Of a stretch of DNA of 64,000 bases, positions 25,896 through 40,095 are shown in pieces. The DNA is from Nemertoderma westbladi. Its lineage: Eukaryota; Animalia; Xenacoelomorpha. The position numbers were made by a program, and so were the translations under genes. The first letter of the stretch is position 1. The number at the start of each line of letters is the position of its first letter. The stretch lies in the NCBI GenBank assembly GCA_032718475.1, contig JAUCBJ010004156.1, positions 1 through 64,000 of the forward strand, in the 5' to 3' direction. The notes beneath the pieces are model-generated. The model did not search any database. It was not told the origin of the DNA and was given only the letters and a program-made list of their open reading frames with translations.

Positions 25896-26273
25896 TTAAG
25901 ATTGTATGTAAGTAGGGGATGTTGCGGAGTTATTATTTAATGAGTTCATATTGTGTGCGATAGATGGCGACAATAAGGATGTCCCGGCGGAGAACGGGGA
26001 CGCAGACAAAGATATAGCGCTCTCGGGGCTGGTCCCCGTATCCCGGACAACGGATGATACGGGAGAACTTGCGGTTAATGCGGCGATACTAAAGGACGAG
26101 GAACGATTAGTGGACTCGGGTTTAATCGGCGTTTCCGGGTCCGCCTTCAGGTCGTGGAGTTTACGGACGTGTTTCTTCAGGTCGAAGTTTCGGCAGAATC
26201 CTTTGCCGCATTGTTTGCATGTGTAGGGTTTCCTGTCGTTGTGAGTGTGCATGTGGAAGGTCAAATTATAAAC
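25896..26273 (-). CDS. Fezf: Fezf coding exon 4 (end of ZF5, ZF6, Ser-rich tail)
   Basis: Acceptor TTAACAG|; [40 protein letters not shown]; TAA at 25896-25898. Confidence 0.97.
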   Translation of the reverse strand, partial: VYNLTFHMHTHNDRKPYTCKQCGKGFCRNFDLKKHVRKLHDLKADPETPIKPESTNRSSSFSIAALTASSPVSSVVRDTGTSPESAISLSASPFSAGTSLLSPSIAHNMNSLNNNSATSPTYIQS

Positions 26274-26814
26274 CTGTTAAATAAATAAATAAACTTATAA
26301 AATAAAAGATAATACTAAGAAATATAAATAATACTAAGAGATAATACTTAAGCAAAGAATCAGTATAGATCGCATAAAACGTGCAACATTCCCAATATAT
26401 GTCACTTGCCCAATATATACAATGTATATGTATATCTTTCACATTTCAAAGGTTAAATTATATAGCTTCTTAGTTTGTAAAATTTACCAATTAATTCTTG
26501 CGCGATAGCTTGGCTTGGCTGCCACATGTAGTATAAGGTATAGCTCCTTTTTATAATTTAGAATGATTCATTATTGTGAGTTGTTGAGAGTTTAATGGTT
26601 ATCTGTTTTAAATAAAGTGACTACCTAAAATTATAATATCAGTTCATAATAAATCGTTATTGTTTCTGTAATTTCCCAGTAATAATATTAATTTAATTTT
26701 GAGAAAATTCAAGGAATTTGGTTAAAAGTGTATTGAGCAAGTTACTGCATACCCTGAAAGACAACATGAACTGAACATACACTAAATTGAAGTCATTATT
26801 GCAGCCAAACTTAC

Positions 26815-26910
26815 CTGATGGAAGGCTTTATTGCAGACGTTGCATTTATATTGCTTTTCGCCGGAATGGGTCAACTTGTGGTTCTTGTAATTGCCTTTTT
26901 GATGAAATCC
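26815..26910 (-). CDS. Fezf: Fezf coding exon 3 (ZF4-ZF5), not in the ORF track
   Basis: Acceptor TTTTTTATAG|; [32 protein letters not shown]; donor CAG|GTAAGT; 96 nt. Confidence 0.97.
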
Positions 26911-26974
26911 CTATAAAAAAATATAAACGAAGTTAAATCAATTATTCAGTTATTCAGAACAATTGAAACCATCG

Positions 26975-27561
<587 letters not shown>

Positions 27562-27666
27562 CTATATAAAATATTTCATTTCCTTCACAATAAATTTTAA
27601 TATATTTTTTTGTTTACTAACTTACTCATTATACAATGAAAGTTAACAAGTAAAGTACTCACTCAC

Positions 27667-28615
27667 CTGTATGAACCGGCATGTGTCTGGTGAGGTTGTA
27701 GTGCGCGTTGAAGACTTTCCCACAATCCAGACAGGTAAAAGTTTTAGGTTTCGATTGCGTTCTTTTAGCTCTAGAGGGAGACAGAGGAGTGTCTCCGCTC
27801 AGCTTGTAGTCACTACGGAAACTACCAGAGGCTGCTAACATTGCGGTCGAAGGGAACATGTGAGGGGGCAGATCAGCGGGGAAACCGTGCGGTTGGGACA
27901 ACATCTTGTCGCCCATTAGGGGGTCTATTAGGAGACTCCGCAGCTGATTGGGCATGGGTATCCCGAGATGTGGCTGGGATCGCAGCAGCATACCGTTGTG
28001 TAGTCGCTGGAGACCCGCCATATATGGGTTGATGTGTGCCGAGTCGGCCTCATGATTGAACGCCCCTAGCGGAGGTCGATTGAACAACGGAGCGTCGATG
28101 GGGTGTGGGAAGGGGTCGACGGTGCGGGGTGGCGGGCCGAGTCGGGGCGGGAGGAAGGGGTTCGGTGCCGGTTGCTGGGGCAACCCGAGCACCTTCCGGA
28201 TTGTCGACTCGTACAGAGCTTCGGAGCGGGCGATGGCGGCGCGTCGTTGGTGGTCAGCGAGGATATCGGGGCGACGATCGGAGAGGAAGTCCGGGTGTTT
28301 ATTCGGGAAGTTCCGGGAACCGCGGAGCTCCGGGGGAAGGTCGCAACGGGCGAACGGGGGATCGGAAGGCCGGGAGAGATCGAACGCGGATAGTCTGGGG
28401 GGATGTGTAGGGAGAAGGGAGGGATATGTGGAGGGAGGAGAAAACCTACGGGTCGGCGGACTCGATTCCACCGGACTTCCACTCGGCTTGGAAGTCCGAT
28501 CCATTATCTTGTCGATGGAGAAACTTATTGACTTATCCGGAGTTATCGACTTGGACGAACTGGTTTTCAAAGAAGTCGCCGGTGATACCTGGATGTTAAG
28601 GTCCATGTGGAACAT
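27667..28615 (-). CDS. Fezf: Fez family zinc finger protein, coding exon 1 (Eh1 motif, Pro-rich region, ZF1)
   Basis: SFSIDKIM Eh1 at 28502-28522; [28 protein letters not shown]; donor G|GTGAGT at 27666. Start ATG at 28615 or 28606. Confidence 0.95.
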
Positions 28616-31600
28616 CTCTACGAATAATTCGATAACTTCGTTACCTAAAAAATGATAAGACGTCAATATTGTATATTCAGTAATATTACGAATAATTGAT
28701 AACTTATACATGTTCATCTACTACGACACTTCAACAAACACATTACACAACTCTCCATCAACCACGATAGGCTTGATACCTTGGAAGTTGCATTAGAATA
28801 CGTGTTCGTGGCGAATACGTTCTGTTTGATATCAAATGCAACTCATTGTCTTTCGCACAATCGACAATTACAATACATTGGTGCCAATCTGGTGTCCATG
28901 TATACGAGTTTAACAAATGCCATTCAACACCGAGAATAAAATGAATTATTAGTAAGGAGACTGGCACTAAACTACAGTTTTTATGGTCAAAAAGGTTGAT
29001 AGTTCGGTATAAGATCAATGATCTATCGCCAACATAAAATATATGAACACAGGTTTCATGGTACATAGAGAGAAGCAGCTGGCGTATGGTGAATGCACTG
29101 TTTACTGTATGCGAACAATTAGTGGCAACATATAAACAAAGCTTTATTTATTGTTTTTTATGTTTTACATGTGCGTATCAGTATCATAAAAAATGTGCAT
29201 ACCAACGATTCAAAATAACAACCATACTGCATAACTAACATTACACACTGTATAATTACAATTAATGTGAAGGAAGCATTCATTATTTTATTGTTGGCAC
29301 GAAAAACTATAGCTGGTAAAGGTTTAAAATTGCGATGGAACTTATAAGATATTATAGCATTAGGTAACGGTAATTTAAATCAAGGTATAAAAAATAAATA
29401 ATTATCATTAATATATAATAAATAAGTATCCGCCAAGCGGGACAACAAGGATTTACTTATAAGTAAAAGAAATGGCGGTTAAAAGCGATATATATGTACA
29501 ACTTTGAATGCAACAAACTTTAAATGAATAATTATTGTTACAACAAATAAATAAAATTGAACATAATTTCCCTTTAGGATTAGAGCTTGAAGCCACAGTA
29601 GATATCGGCTTTGATAAGGTAGTGGAAAGATGTTGCCCTCGTTCTCGTATCCACGTATCTATTTGTCTGTTTTTCATATTTCCAAGTAAAGTTTTTGCCA
29701 AAGCAGGTCCATCGGTATAAAGTTCATTTTAATTTTTTGTTGTTTTAGTTGGTGGAGGGGTAGGAATGGTCGCACCCATACCTTTTTCTGCCAATGAAAT
29801 ACACATATACACATCTCAGCAACGGACAGGCTTCAATCATAAATACCTACTCATCTACAAGTACCCAACAAGTACAAATTCCTACTTACATACACACCAT
29901 ACTTGTATTGAATTGCTATGTAACACAAATAAATATATTATAATGATTAGACGCTGTGTTTGTGGAAATCTGTCGAATTTAATTAATAATACATAACCAA
30001 CTCACCCATTGAATTGATCAACGTCGTACAATGAGTAAGGTGGGGATTATAAAAATGTAGCAACAATAGTTCAATATTATTACCGAAGTAAGTATGCAAC
30101 CGTCTTTTGTTAGGATAACCTTTTACTGTATTGAGGTAGGCAATGTAACAACGTCCTTAATCAGCAGGTAATATTGATAAGAAATGGCACAAATTAAACC
30201 CTTAATAAAATGGGAAATACACAAGGATCTCAACGCATATGAGTGAGTATGTCGCCCAGAATATTACAATGCTCGGAGCCCCTGCTGACTGGCGGCTATT
30301 GGACAAACAATTGTAGGATATTATAATAAGGAGACCGTGAACACAAGTAAAATGAAGGATTGGGCGAATAATTAGGTTCGGCTCACTGTGAAATATTTTA
30401 AGTGGGAAAATTCCGGGATGAAAACATTGCGACAGCAACCCTAAAATCGTATAGAGTCTGACAGACAAACGCCAGTATATCAAATATTATTTGCAACACG
30501 TTGAAAGGCAATAATTTACTGTTGCATTTAACATACACTTTACTTACATTAAGGTGCTATAATTGTTAATCATCATGTGGATGTCACCCACACTTGGGTG
30601 AACTTGCTACTATAGCCAGTGTACTCAGCGTTGGCCTACCTACATACATACACTAACACCTCTACCAGGCTAAGTAAGTAAGTACAATATACGGTTTGTG
30701 TTGTCGGTGCCAAACTATAAGCCCTGGAGGGGTGTCCACTAGCTGAAGTGTTTGTCACCCACAGCATGCAAGGCCGTAGCTAGGTGTCATTAATTCCTTC
30801 CTTCACAATAGTTGGAGCGCTGAGACCCATTGTTAGCCTGGCATTTATAAATAGGTGTGGAATAAGGACAACTGCATTTGCCTTTGGGGCGATCTCATAC
30901 CTTCCCATAGTACAGTCGACCCTGTAAGTCCTCATACAAGCCCACGCCGCCCAATAATGGGTCTATATGGCCCTATACTGCCACATTTACCATACCGAGT
31001 AATTAGACAATACATGTGCTCCTATCCCTTCAACAAGGCCGCCCTACTGACTGATGTTTGTCAGAACAGCTCATAGCATACCCACCCAAGCCCATCCAGA
31101 TCTCAATATAGTTTTGCTCTTTTGTCAAGCATTCATGAGTGCAGCCAAATGGAAATGTTTATAATAAGGTTAGCTACCTCTCCATATTCCTTAATACACA
31201 CTGCCCATAAACTGCTATTGTTGCCGCATGTGCTGGTAAAAGAGTGCCGGACAGGACAGCATCAGACATTCTGGCATACTGAGGACGATTCCTACAGTTT
31301 TTATGACGCAGTGGGTTGGGTAGGGTAGATGGTCAACCCACTGCCTGACCGCTAGAGCAGTCGCAACTGCATCTATCAACTGGTCCATGGGCGGTCGTTC
31401 AATATATGACGTATTGGTTCCTGTTCGCTGCAGTATTGTATTGCGGGACTAGTTCCTATGGAGTCGCGATACGTTAATAATCCTTCACAGATGACACCCT
31501 ATGGGTGGCGTAGCAAACCAATATGCAGGACAATACGGTGCTGTTTGATACAATACCGTGAGATATTGGCCACGCAGACTTGGCAACCAGCTCTCCTGGG

Positions 31601-34016
31601 GTGCGGCCGTCGTTACAATTAATATGTGACTTTTGTCGATTTGTTTGGTAAAACATTTCGGTTGTAATAACTTTGTTTTATATCTGTTAAGGTTCTGTCA
31701 ACTGAAGCAGCCCTTGCCACTTAGTTCTTAAATTAGATTGTCCAACTCCTTTCAATTACACAATAATATCGAAAAACTATTGCACAAGGTTACGAACAAT
31801 TTAAAGTGTTAACACAAAGAAAAAACAACAATTCCACATGAATCTTTAGCAACATCTGCGCAATAACAGACAAGCATTTAGTCGATATTTTAAACAATAG
31901 GTGACCAAAAGTGTCGGGGACAAAGTGGTTGTTGAATAACAAACTTAAAAGATGCACTTGTGCATGGGCATTGCACCTTTGATTTGATTTGATTGATAAA
32001 CTCTGAGAAACTCAGCTGAAGCCGTTAGTTAAATAAACTCAATTGCTTCCCCTAGCATATACTATACAGTGAACCGTATATATAACAAAAATATGTGATT
32101 TTTTAATGAACGTCTTCCAGGGCAACATTTCACCTATTACTGCAGACACTCGCTCAATCAACACGTCCTCGCTATTTGCTTACAATAGTCAATAAACCTT
32201 AGAGCTGGCGTTTTATATTTACAATTAGTTGCGCCTGTAAATCAAGTTTTTAGTGGCGATCAATGCGTTCGTATATCAAAAGAAGCGTTAGAGACATAAA
32301 GCAAGCCATGGGGCGACGGAATACCGCTGTATAGATCGTTCTCAGTCGCACGGGAGATTCACAAAAAGCTACAATAACGTCGGGCAGATGTTTTATAATG
32401 AGCATATAACTAATGCAAAACAAGGCATGATCTAGATTATACAACCCGGAAATAAGGTCCATTCATAGAACTACGTGTGAATGAAAGTCAATCAGGGTAG
32501 GCCAATGGAATTCTATGGGTCAATCTATGTTGGGGTAATAGAGAACATTGCTAAATGCGCAGCTACGGAACCCAACGAAATCGATAAGGCAATTAATAGC
32601 TGTTAGCGTTTGCACACCAGTTTCAAGCCTAACCGAACGTCTCTCACAAAGAAATTGAAAAACAGAATATAAAAACAAGCGTTGAGATATGCCACATGTT
32701 GTGTTTGTTCGGGTGTGTGAGTCCGTTAATGCATAATTATTGGACGCGAGAATATTGCATGTTACTCAGTTGGAAATTACAGAGGAAACTGTACGACTTC
32801 GAGTCAACCCTCAGCAGTGCGAGTAAGAAATAATGTAACTTTCTTAGAAAACAACATAGGTATATTTAGGAACAGATTCCATGAGCGTGAATTTATCCGA
32901 CCTTAATCGAACCTACTCAACGAACGAAAAGAAAAAGACTACGATCGCGAGATTAAAGAGAATGATTCACGCATTAATGGCTAATAATAATATTTTAAAT
33001 TGGAAAGTAAACTAAAACAAAGACTAGGGCCCTTCGTAAAGCTTATCACCCATCCATCCTTTTTTCCACATATATTATATGAGGGTGTACTGCTAGTGCT
33101 ATATGAGATCTGCCCCAGCACATCTCTCGCTCGACAATATATTAGCTCGCGCTCCCATCAGACCATTTTACGCTGGGGGGGGGGGGGGGGGGGGGGTCGA
33201 ATAAACTCTCGAGCATTTACATCTGCACGAGCGAATACACCACACACAATAGGTCTAGTTACTAGTTTTCTACGTATTTACAAAATAAAACAAATATCTC
33301 AATTTATCATTACAGGAAGGAACGCTTGAAAGTTTACGAGAATCATTAAATTGACCTCCATATTTTAATCCGATTTCTCAATTCCTGCGTCTTGTCCCCA
33401 AATATTACTCTATATATTTGCCGGAACAAAAATGTAACAACTCTATAATCAAACACTACTGAAAGTTGGGTTGCTCTTTCTGCAGGCCTCTTTCTCTCAC
33501 TCTCTCATTCACTGGCTGTATAGAGTAAGACATGTGGCGCGCAAACAGAATGGGTGAGAAAAGAGCCGCTTGATAGAAATCGATAAAACAAGCCTTGCCT
33601 GTGTGTAGCTGGCGCCGAATTGTCTAGTTTCAAATAGATCGGTTGTAGCCCCATATGGTACGCAGTTCCGCGGGCCTTACCGAATTAGGGAAGCACTTGA
33701 ACCTCAGCGATCGACCTGGCATGCCTTGTCGGTAGGGAGCCTTCTTGTGGGAGCGATAGAGTTTGAAACGAGTAGAGTGTTTGCGGAGTACGGAGAGCTT
33801 CTAAGTGTAAGGGTCTGTCAGACACCAAGGAGCCAGAAAATTGATGTTTCTGAAGTCGATTCACTTCGTTAGCGTTATGGGCATCATTTGTTATTAACTA
33901 AATCTGGTTGGATATTGGATTTACTTGAAATATGAATCATTGATTTATTACAGAAAATATTATGATATAATGAATGTGTAAGACATTGTGAGTTGTGCTG
34001 AACCTATAATACCTCC

Positions 34017-34560
34017 AACGACTACTACTACTACTAGGATCGGCATGCTGCATTGCAGTGGCATTATATATACATTACATATATATTAAGAATGGTGTGC
34101 CGGCTTGTCGACAATATTGCGCCGCCACAACTCCCTATCACCGATAACATTTGCTAGATCATCCGCATCTTTAAGGCCAGTGTCCTTTAGGATGCGTCTC
34201 AAGAAAGTCATGGGCTGTCCACCATGCTTATTCACTCCACGAGGGCGCCAAAACACAAGGCTACGCACTGGCTGGTCCTCACGGCAAAGCAATGTCCTGC
34301 AAAGCGGAGGCGGTTTCGTTCAAGTGTCAAGCTAGTGTCATTAATGGAACACATCCAATGTTGTATAGAGTCGGATTGGAGATGTGTTCATTATACTTGA
34401 TACAATGAACCCAGCGCAGCATTCTTGTGAATGTGCCATCCAGAGATTTGGTATCCTCTGCAGTTAGATCCCAGCATGGACTCCCATATAAAAGTACTGG
34501 TACTACTGCTGCCATAAATACCGAACCTATAAAACCAACGCATCCGAATTTCACCAGTAA
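34017..34560 (-). pseudogene. 3' end of an RTE-clade LINE with (TAG)n tail
   Basis: AAVVPVLLYGSPCWDLT...LDGTFTRMLR...HISN..LY and GH.CREDQPVRSLVFWRP...KDTGL...DRELWR, frameshifted; CTACTACTACTA tail at ~34020-34036. Confidence 0.85.
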
Positions 34561-37293
34561 ATTTTGTTAGACAAAAGGTGCTTCTTGGATGTTGAAACAG
34601 CTGACGTTCAGGGTGCACTGCACGCTAACACATAAAACACATACTTTGAGATATTTTTGATAGGTTGTGAAACTTCATTCCATGCATGCATGATATTAGG
34701 AATATCCTATATGCATAGTCCGAAGCGAAAAGAAAAGATGAACAATTATATTTAACCATATCCAATACCAGCATCACTATGAAGCAACCAATTTAATATA
34801 CAGGTAAGCATATAATATGCATGTATCCTAATAATAATCTTCTACGTAACCAGAACAATACGCGCTTTCTCTCAATAATGGTTTGATTAATAATAATATA
34901 ATGGAGGTAGAGAGTGGGGGTATCAATATAAAGTCTGCCCGATAGCTGTTGTGATTATAGCTGACTGATTTTTATTTTAGTGGAATATTGGATTGAACGG
35001 AGACAGAGTTAAAGCCGCACATATACTTGACCTCCCAACCAGTCGAGCAGCCTCACATAATTGACCTTTCCAATTATCACATGCTCCTTAAGGCTTTATG
35101 ACTTATAGTCTCGTCTATGTAATAAAAAAAATAAAAAATCGGCTTGAAAAATAATTTTTTTCAAAACTTTTTTCCACATCCCTGGGGTTGAGCTGCGCCA
35201 ATTGATATTAACTTTCATTGACGGACGAGCGATCGCTTCTGAGGATTTTATATGATATACATGTATATAGAGATACATACAGAATATTTTTACAGTAAGA
35301 AGTCATAACGGTCTTATAATAATATAATTACACAACAATTACACTTAACAAATAATATGATATATTATATGCTATTATCATATCATATTATATTAGATTA
35401 TATTATATATAATAATTTCAGAGAAACCACTACTGGTTTATTTATGTACTGAAAATATCTAAATCTGAACTGTATCTTTTCAAATAACTAAATAGCCTTA
35501 TCAAAATGATATCATTTTCGAAAATTCCACATTTCGTCAAATTTACACAGGTTGATAACTACAAGAATAAATTATTTGTCACGACGGCGGCATCAATCTT
35601 AGTAATTTAATTAACTACAACTAATTAGGTTATAAAACTATTTGTAAATTTACCTTCAAATCCACAAGAGGGCTGCGGAGGGGTGTGGTACAATGAGGAG
35701 GTGATGTTGGTAGGGTTGACTGAGAGTAGGTTTGAATCGTGAGTGACAGGCTGAAGTAACCCAGAACCGAAACACAACAAAGACAGTAGCTAGACAAACA
35801 CGCTAATGATTGAAACTGATTGTTACATTTGAATCTTAAAAATTAATGACCTTGAAATAGAAAACATTAAATACGTCAAAATACTCGAGGAAGGCTTGAA
35901 ATGGTTGACTCCTGCAATTTTTCTTGAGTTATACTCTACAACTAATGGTAACGCATTTCAGCCGGCTGCCTTTGTTGCACAATTGCAGGAGCAGAAGTTC
36001 CTAGTGGATAACAAGCAGCCAATCAGTATTAGAGATCTACACAGTTAGGTAACTAGCTGTGACTGTGCATTACGGCTATTTGAAGGGTAGAAACTTTAAA
36101 CCAACCAGTGAATGACGAGAGTTCATGTCAACTATCTTTGCTCCCTCTCATTGAGCTGAAGGCCCAAGTGTATGATTGCATCTTACGATTTGGATTTTAT
36201 GTTTCCTATTATTAATTGTCAGTCCGGGGATTCTATTCCTGCAGCGACTCGCTAGGAATGCGGCACAAATGTTATCTTTGCAATAGAAATAATTACACTT
36301 TAAAATTCCCACTTGCATATAGGCCTACTTACTTAATTACTTACATTAAGTATCATCGGCATCAGGTCTTGTGCATCAATGATCTTGTGAATGGGAATTT
36401 TTAAAGTAAATATGAATGAACTTTTTAATAATTGGGATTATAATGTTCATTAAAGGTTCAAGAAAAAAGTACCAAGAGAAATAATATGACATAATATAAT
36501 AATTTCACATTGTTCAAACATTCTTCTTAATTTTCCGATGGGCTTTCCTTTCCCCCTGGAACCGGTTGAGCCCCCAGATCCTCACGGGGATTTTTCATCA
36601 TGTGTGAATGGACCACCTGCCCACCCCGACTCCCCTCCCCTTTTTTAAGACACTGTGTATAGGTCAAGAGGTCGTATTGCAAGTCCTCCAAGAGCTGAGG
36701 GTGGAGAGGTGTTTAATTGAGTGATGAAACCAATATTACTTGGATAAACTTACTATAATTATAAAAATGTGCGAAATATAACTATTTACTTCATAATAAA
36801 TCAAATTCACTTTATTTTACAGTATGAGTCGTTTTATAAATCCGGCCGCTACTGACGAATTCAATAGAGACATTATAATATAAAAAGTGCTAGTAGGCCA
36901 TAAAGAACGAATTATATAAGAAACATGACGAGGGGCGGCGTTTATTAAAGAAAAGAGATGCATCTATGTACAGTACTACCACACTCACAGTATCCCTTCT
37001 GCGTTTGCTAAGGAGATTACGTTTACATTTAATCGGTTTCATAATATCCAACGAGATAGTCAGAAAATATTTATTTTTAAAATCACCCAGAACCTCAAGC
37101 GCGGCGTCGATGGTAGACATTGCGATTCGGCTTCGTCTTTTCATGTTACCCGACCCGACCCGACCCGACCCGACCCCCCCCCCCCCCCCCCCGTTATATA
37201 GTAATTCCTGTCACCATATTAGATATTATTTGTAGGATATAAGTGCTAGTGAAAAGATAAACTATATAGGAAAAAATTTATATATGATATTGT

Positions 37294-37567
37294 TAACAAC
37301 ATAGTTTATTGTTTTGATAAAAAAAAAGCCGTCTCTGTAACCTACTCCTTTCCCTCAATTGGCAACAACATCGTTTATTGTTTCGGTTAGAAAAATCCGT
37401 TCCTATAACCTGCTCCTTTCCCTCAATTGAAAACAACATCGTTTATTGTTTCGGTTAGAAAAATCCGTCCCTGTAACCTGCTCCTTTCCCTCAATTGAAA
37501 ACAACATAGTTTATTGTTTTGGTTAGAAAAGGCTGTCTCTGTAAACTGCTCCTTTCCCTCAATTGGT
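37294..37567 (+). repeat. 68-bp tandem repeat, 4 copies; single related copy at ~7990-8045
   Basis: ACAACATCGTTTATTGTTTCGGTTAGAAAAATCCGTCCCTGTAACCTGCTCCTTTCCCTCAATTG repeated. Confidence 0.9.
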
Positions 37568-39714
37568 AACTAAAATGGTTACAAACAGGAATCACTATCT
37601 GCGACGGGAGTAACAGGAATGGGGGGGGGGGGGGGGGGGGGGGGTAACAGCACGGTCTTCGGCTTATTTATTGATTTACCTCTACCACCATCCTGTATTA
37701 GCTAATCAATTTATTGTTAGAATTTAATGTATAGTAACATACCAGAATCCAAGATGCATCCAAGATCTCTCACATAAGATGATGTATGCCTACCCCATAG
37801 TCCCCGTGCAAATAGTTCAACAAGCAAAGTAGCTTTCCACTCACTCAGGCAAGCATTATAAATTGAACTTTATTTTTTGAGACACTTTCTTTCATTTTAA
37901 TGCCCAAATAACATGGCCCGAAACCTCGCCGTGAACACCCACCGGGAGACTCTTAAACCACAGGAGGAGTGTTTGTTATAGAAAGCCTGTCTGACAATGG
38001 CCTCCGATTCAAGAGGCCCCCTAAGTATGTTTGCGACGGACCTTTTCAGAGAACTATTGAGAGTAAGGGGTGCAACGGTCTGTCTGTACAGCAGTGACAC
38101 CCAGGAGGTGTGAACTACATGCAATACGGCAGTAGAAAGAAACACAGAACGGGCAATCGTGGACAATGGAAGGGCTCCCCAGGACACGAAATAATTGCAG
38201 ACTCCTGTTCGAATGCAACACAGGAGGGCCTATTGTGTTCACTCACTATTACCTGGGCCATGGCTCTTGTGTTAAAAGGTTAAGTGGTTTATTCTAACTA
38301 TAGTCAACCACTTTACGACTACCCACTGACAGCCTGGCAGTAGAGCCGGGACCAGTCCGGCATTAAGTGAACTCATACAAGCGAATTATTGCCTACCCGC
38401 AGTTCCTAACGGTAAAAGCAGATGAATTACGAAAGTGCGAAGTATTCGTGTTCCAAACACCTGAGTGAGAGTACATAGTCCACCGCTATCGTAGAGTTAT
38501 TGCAGAATGTTGCCAGCGACTTGAATGTGAATTACTTAAATAAATGCTTTTGCAGGATATAATTGAATATATATTATAACTTGTGAGGCATCGATACAAA
38601 TAAACCTTATTGTTGTTGTCCTTACAACAAAGCTAAATGAATAAGGTGGTGACAATTTCGACAATAAATGGAACTTTACTCTACCGCGGAACCCCATTTA
38701 ACTTATACCACTCGTGTCACGCCGGCATTATTCTATTGCGCTAGTGAAGTGACTATGATGGCGTTATTATTCTAACCAACACAATAAGCATTCTTAAAAC
38801 TGGGCATTTTCGCATTTTTATGCGAACACAGCTGCTCCGTGTACATTGTGGATTATAAACGGACGGAAGGCGCTCTGGAACTTATTTATTTAAAGTATAA
38901 CAATGTACATTTATTAATATACATTTTATTTATATAAATGGCAACTGCAGGGACTACCATCGTCCTTAATTCATGTGTTAGTTGGTGTCCACCATGGAAT
39001 GCTATATAGATAATATCTATATAGCATTACATGTGTCCACTGATCAGTTGATTATTAACAATAATTAAATACGTCGTTTTGGAGACAAATTGAGGGCCGT
39101 TTCGATATGTAACAGCGAACAAAAACGTTCAAGGAACCTGTAAAACATTCATAAGCCCACAGCACAGACTACGAACAGTCCGAACAGTCATGTTTGTAGA
39201 ACCAAGGATTAACATAGCCTGTTAAACCGTCACAAAGCAATACGTTACCCTAAACACCAAATATTTTCACAAAGGGACTGATAATCATTTAAGCTTTCGA
39301 GTTCTGGAAATGGTTTTGGGCCTCTAACGAAAGGTGGTACCAAAGGCCTTGCAGCCCTCAATCCCTTCATTTACTTGTTAATATTCTGCAATTATTTTTT
39401 CTTTAAAAAGAAACAAGTCCTGCATTTCCTTTCAATATAAGGTATAATTACAGGATTTGTATCCGGTCACGAATTCTGCATTATTTTTAAGAAAACTGCG
39501 AGTAACAACAGGTTTTTATTCGGCCCTTGTCTCATGTTCTATATTTTGACTTATGACTTATGGCCCAGTCCTGTAAGGCCTTTTATTGTTTACTTTGGAG
39601 CGTACTAAGCCCACGATCAACGATTTATTGAGGAATGCATCTAACATCCATTATAATGCGGATCATCAATTTTTCCTAATGACACTGCCATATTAGAATT
39701 CTGGCCTTACAGTG

Positions 39715-40095
39715 TTAGGACAGTAGCCCGCGAACAGTATCCCCCCGGACAGTAACCCCCGGACAGTAGCCCCCGGACAGTAGCCCCCGTACAGTAGCCC
39801 CCCGGACAGTAGCCACCGGACAGTAGCCCCCGGACAGTAGCCCCCGTACAGTAGCCCCCCGGACAGTAGCCACCGGACAGTAGCCCCCGGACAGTAGCCC
39901 TCGGACAGTAGCCCCCCGGACAGTAGCCCCCGGACAGTAGCCCCCCGGACAGTAGCCCCCGGACAGTAGCCCCCCGGACAGTAGCCCCCGGACAGTAACC
40001 CCCGGACAGTACCCCCCCCCCCCCCCGGACAGTAGCCCCCCGGACAGTAGCCCACCGGACAGCCCCCCGGACAGTAGCCCCCCGGCAGTAGTCCC
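39715..40095 (+). repeat. 14-15-bp GC-rich minisatellite (GGACAGTAGCCCCC)
   Basis: Direct reading; source of the GGYCPG/GATVRG ORFs. Confidence 0.95.

Noticed and set aside
27841-28655. Plus-strand and alternate-frame ORFs over Fezf exon 1
   Set aside because: Shadow ORFs caused by the GC-rich, Pro-rich coding sequence.
28616-28717. N-terminal extension MNMYKLS... of Fezf in the ORF track
   Set aside because: AT-rich, crosses a likely splice acceptor at 28645; Eh1 position favours the ATG at 28615 or 28606.
33610-33620. TGGCGCCGAA as a retroviral primer-binding site
   Set aside because: Not preceded by an LTR ending in CA and no gag/pol downstream.
37897-38242. 96-aa and 62-aa ORFs between Fezf and Psmd6
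   Set aside because: No recognisable motif or splice-consistent partner exons; lengths expected by chance.
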